From assembly GCF_009914755.1 (NCBI RefSeq), contig NC_060947.1: 64,000 nucleotides of DNA; one strand, given 5' to 3'. The notes below the pieces were generated by a model, which saw only the letters and a list, made by a program, of their open reading frames with translations, ran no database searches and was not told where the DNA came from. Source of the stretch: the human T2T-CHM13v2.0 reference genome, Homo sapiens. The position numbers and the translations under genes are program-made. Below, piece by piece: positions 60,890 through 64,000 of the stretch. Each line of letters begins with the position of its first letter. Position 1 is the first letter of the stretch.

Positions 60890-61248
60890 TTTCTTAAAAG
60901 CAAATCATGACAAGAATTAGTAGTTTGCAAAATAAAATTTATTCTTATACTTGGCCTGATTATTGCATAAAGTGCAGCAAAAATAATTAATTTTACATAC
61001 GCTTTTTAAAGTGGCTCTGATGGAACTCTGTTTCACAAGGGATATCAGACAGGACTTATTACAGCTGAGCCCAGCCATCAAATACCTATGAGTTGGGTAA
61101 ACTTCTTCTTAAGGATCCAAGAACATGGCGTTCCTGGGCCTCTTAGAAAGTAACATTCTTTATTCACCACAGGTTAGGAAACCTGTACAGCAACTGTTTA
61201 GACAAGGTATGAGGCCAGTTTTCCAAAGGGGCTTTTATTGGCTCTGCA
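60890..61248 (-). mobile_element. ERV1 MER4-group internal fragment, homologous to 24060-24420
   Basis: Reverse complement tttttgctgcactttatgcaataatcaggccaagtataag matches 24349-24390. Confidence 0.7.
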
Positions 61249-61552
61249 TGTCATCCCAGCACTTTGGGAGGCCGAGGCAGGTGGATCACGAGGTCAGGAG
61301 ATCGAGACCATCTTGGCTCACTGCAAGCTCCGCCTCCCGGGCTCATGCCATTCTCCTGCCTCAGCCTCCCAAGCAGCTGGGACTACGCGCATCCACCACC
61401 ATGTCCGGCTATTTTTTTTTTTTTTTTGTATTTTTAGTAGAGAGGGGGTTTCACTGTGTTAGCCAGGATGGTCTCAATCTCCTGACCTTGTGATCCACCT
61501 GCCTCGGCCTCCCAAAGTGCTGGGATTACAGGCGTGAGCCACCACGTCTGAC
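61249..61552. mobile_element. Tailless inverted Alu chimera (AluY-like): + strand 61249-61318 fused to - strand ~61310-61552
   Basis: 70-bp arms at 61249-61318 and 61461-61530 are reverse complements with 4 mismatches. Confidence 0.9.
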
Positions 61553-61669
61553 TGCAAGAACCTTTTCTCTTTAAGAGAAAATACTCAGCTTTCCAAACAA
61601 TTTGTGTACTATCTTCTCTTTCTTTTTCTTGGCAGCCTATCTGCAAGGCAAATGAACATCTTTCATTAT

Positions 61670-63432
61670 GCTTTACTATTACTACTCCAAGTAATCTGAT
61701 TCGATGAAATCCCTATCAAAATTACTATGACGTTCTTTACAGAAATAGAAAAAGCAATTATAAAATCCTTGTGGAACCACTAAAGAACCGAAACAGCTAA
61801 TGAATTTTGAAAACAAAACAAAGCAAAACAAAACAAGAAGTATCACCCTTTCGGATTTCAAATTATGTTATAAAGCTTTAGTAACCAAAACATGTGGTAC
61901 TGGCATAAAAACAGACACATAGACTGATGAAATAGAATAAAAAGCCCAGTAATAAACCCCTACATAACATCAATTAATTTCCATAAAGTACGCCACAAAT
62001 ATACAGTGCAGAAAGAACAGTGTCTTCAATACATGCTGCTGGAAAAGATGCAATATTATTTACATGCAATAGAGTAAAATTAGACCAGCAAACCACCATA
62101 TCACACGTTTACATATGTAACAAACCTGCACATCCTGCACATGTACCCCAGAACTTAAAATAAAAATATTTTTTAAAAAAATAAAATTGCACCATTTTTC
62201 ACCACACAGAAAAATCAACTTCACTTGAATTGAAGACTTAGTGGTAAGAACTGAAACCATAAAACACCTACCAAAAAATAAAATAAAAAACAGGAAAAAA
62301 AAACTTGAAATTGGTCTTGACAATTGTTTTTTGAAGATGGCACCACAAGCTCAGGCAAAAAAAGCAAAAAATAAACAAGGAGGATTGTATCAACTAAAAT
62401 GATCTAGCACACTAAAGCAAACAATGAACAAAATCAAAAGGCACTTTAAAGAATAGGAGAAAATACTTGCAAATGATACATCTAATAAAAAGTTAATGTC
62501 AAATATATACAAGAAAACCATAAAACTGAATATCAAACAAAGTGAATTAACACATTAATTTGGGCAAAGAAAAAAATAACTAATGGGTACTAGGCTTAAT
62601 AGCTGGGAGATGAAATAATCTGTATAACAAACACCTATGACACAAGTTTACTTGTGTAACAAACCTACGCTTGTACCCCTCAACTTAAAATAAAAGTCAA
62701 AAAAAGTGGGCAAAGCACCTGAATGGACATTTCTTCAACTAAAACATATAAATGGCCAATAGGTATATAAAAAGATGATGAATATCATTAATTATCAGAA
62801 AAATGTAAACTAAAATCTCAGTAGGATATCACATTACATATTTTAGGATGACTATTATTTAAAAAGTAAACAAGTATTGGTTCAAACGTGGAAAAAAGGG
62901 AATCCTTGTGTACTGTTGGTGGAAATGTAAATTGGCACAGCCATTATAGAAAACAGTTGGAGATTTCTCAAGAAATTAAAAAGATAACTACTATATGTTC
63001 CATCCACTCCAATACTGGACATATACTTAAAGGATATAAAATTACTATACCTAGGAGATATTTGCACTTTCATGTTTATTGCAGCATTATTCTCAAGAGC
63101 CAAGATATGTAATCTACCTAAACATTTATTGATGCATAAATGAATTTAAAAACTGTGATATATATATGCATATATATGTGTGTATTACATATATATCACA
63201 TATACATGAATCACATATATATGAACACATTTACACATAAGAATATAATTTGGCTTCATACACAGAAGAAATCCTGTCATTAGCAACAACGTGGATGGAA
63301 CTGGAAGACATTATGTTAAGCAAAGGAAGCCAGGCACAAAGAGGCAAACTTCACATATTCTCACTCATTTGTGGGAGGTAAAAGTTAAAACAGTTGAACT
63401 CATGGAGATAGAGAGTATAATGATGGTTACCA
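61670..63432 (+). mobile_element. Old L1MA/MB ORF2 and 3' UTR remnant carrying two tiny L1PA 3'-end inserts (~62090-62180 and 62570-62706)
   Basis: TSD TGGGCAAAG at 62561-62569 and 62707-62715. Degenerate TSD taaaattagacca / taaaattgcacca around the first insert. Confidence 0.75.
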
Positions 63433-63795
63433 TAAAAGCATATATAAAATTATTTTATAAATAATAAATTAATAAAAGTGTCTATATAAACTCTGTTTTT
63501 CATAATTCATTAATGAAACACAATCATATTAAAGGGAGGCATCTAAATAAGTGCTGTCACTTCCAACAGTTGCTTTAAAAAATAAACATTCAATATACTA
63601 ATTCTGCTTTGTTCTAAAACTTGGCTTTTTTTGTAATTGGTGGAATGTGAAAAAGAGGGAAAAGTTTTCCCTCCAGCCAATTTTAAATGTTTTTTATTAT
63701 ACAAAACTTTTAAACATATACCTAAGTACACAAAATAATCTAATGAAACCTAATATGCCCACCATCTGCATCAACAATTTTCAAGTCATGACTAA

Positions 63796-64000
63796 TTTTT
63801 TTTAATTTATTTTAGGTTTAGAGATACATGTGAAATTTTGTTACATAGGTAAACACATGTCACAGATATTTGTTGTACATATTATTTCATCACCCAGGTA
63901 TTAAGCCCAGTACCCAATAGTTATCTTTTCTATTCCTCTCTCTCCTTCCACCCTCCCACCACATGCAGACCCCAGTGCCTGTTGTTTCCTTCTTTGTGTT
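63796..64000 (-). mobile_element. 3' end of an old L1PA/L1PB, running off the window
   Basis: T-rich tail then tacatgtgaaattttgttacataggtaaac...cacccaggtattaagcccagtacccaatag. Confidence 0.85.

Overview
Primate, almost certainly human, AT-rich DNA containing one protein-coding gene. The 301-aa single-coding-exon ORF at 8051-8956 (+) matches my recollection of CPXCR1 (Xq21, testis/cancer-testis gene). Probable 5' UTR exons lie at ~1862-2009 and 3956-4061, with a poly(A) signal at 9390. About 330 bp upstream is an intact solo LTR12C (ERV9 LTR) in divergent orientation, apparently inserted into a MER53 MITE. The rest is mostly retroelements, roughly 60-65% LINE-1 by a rough tally. It includes a ~15.8-kb nested L1 stack (29795-45594) holding a full-length L1PA3 with an open ORF0, a twin-primed inverted L1PB, an Alu and a ~480-bp almost pure TA tract. 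There are no prokaryotic systems, CRISPR arrays or RNA genes that I can support. The most notable sequence-level observations are a TSD-bounded L1 3' transduction and a tailless internal L1 fragment in the CPXCR1 introns, the LTR12C/CPXCR1 head-to-head module, a fold-back Alu chimera, and several template-switch scars. Repeat subfamily names come from remembered consensus sequences and need RepeatMasker/Dfam confirmation.
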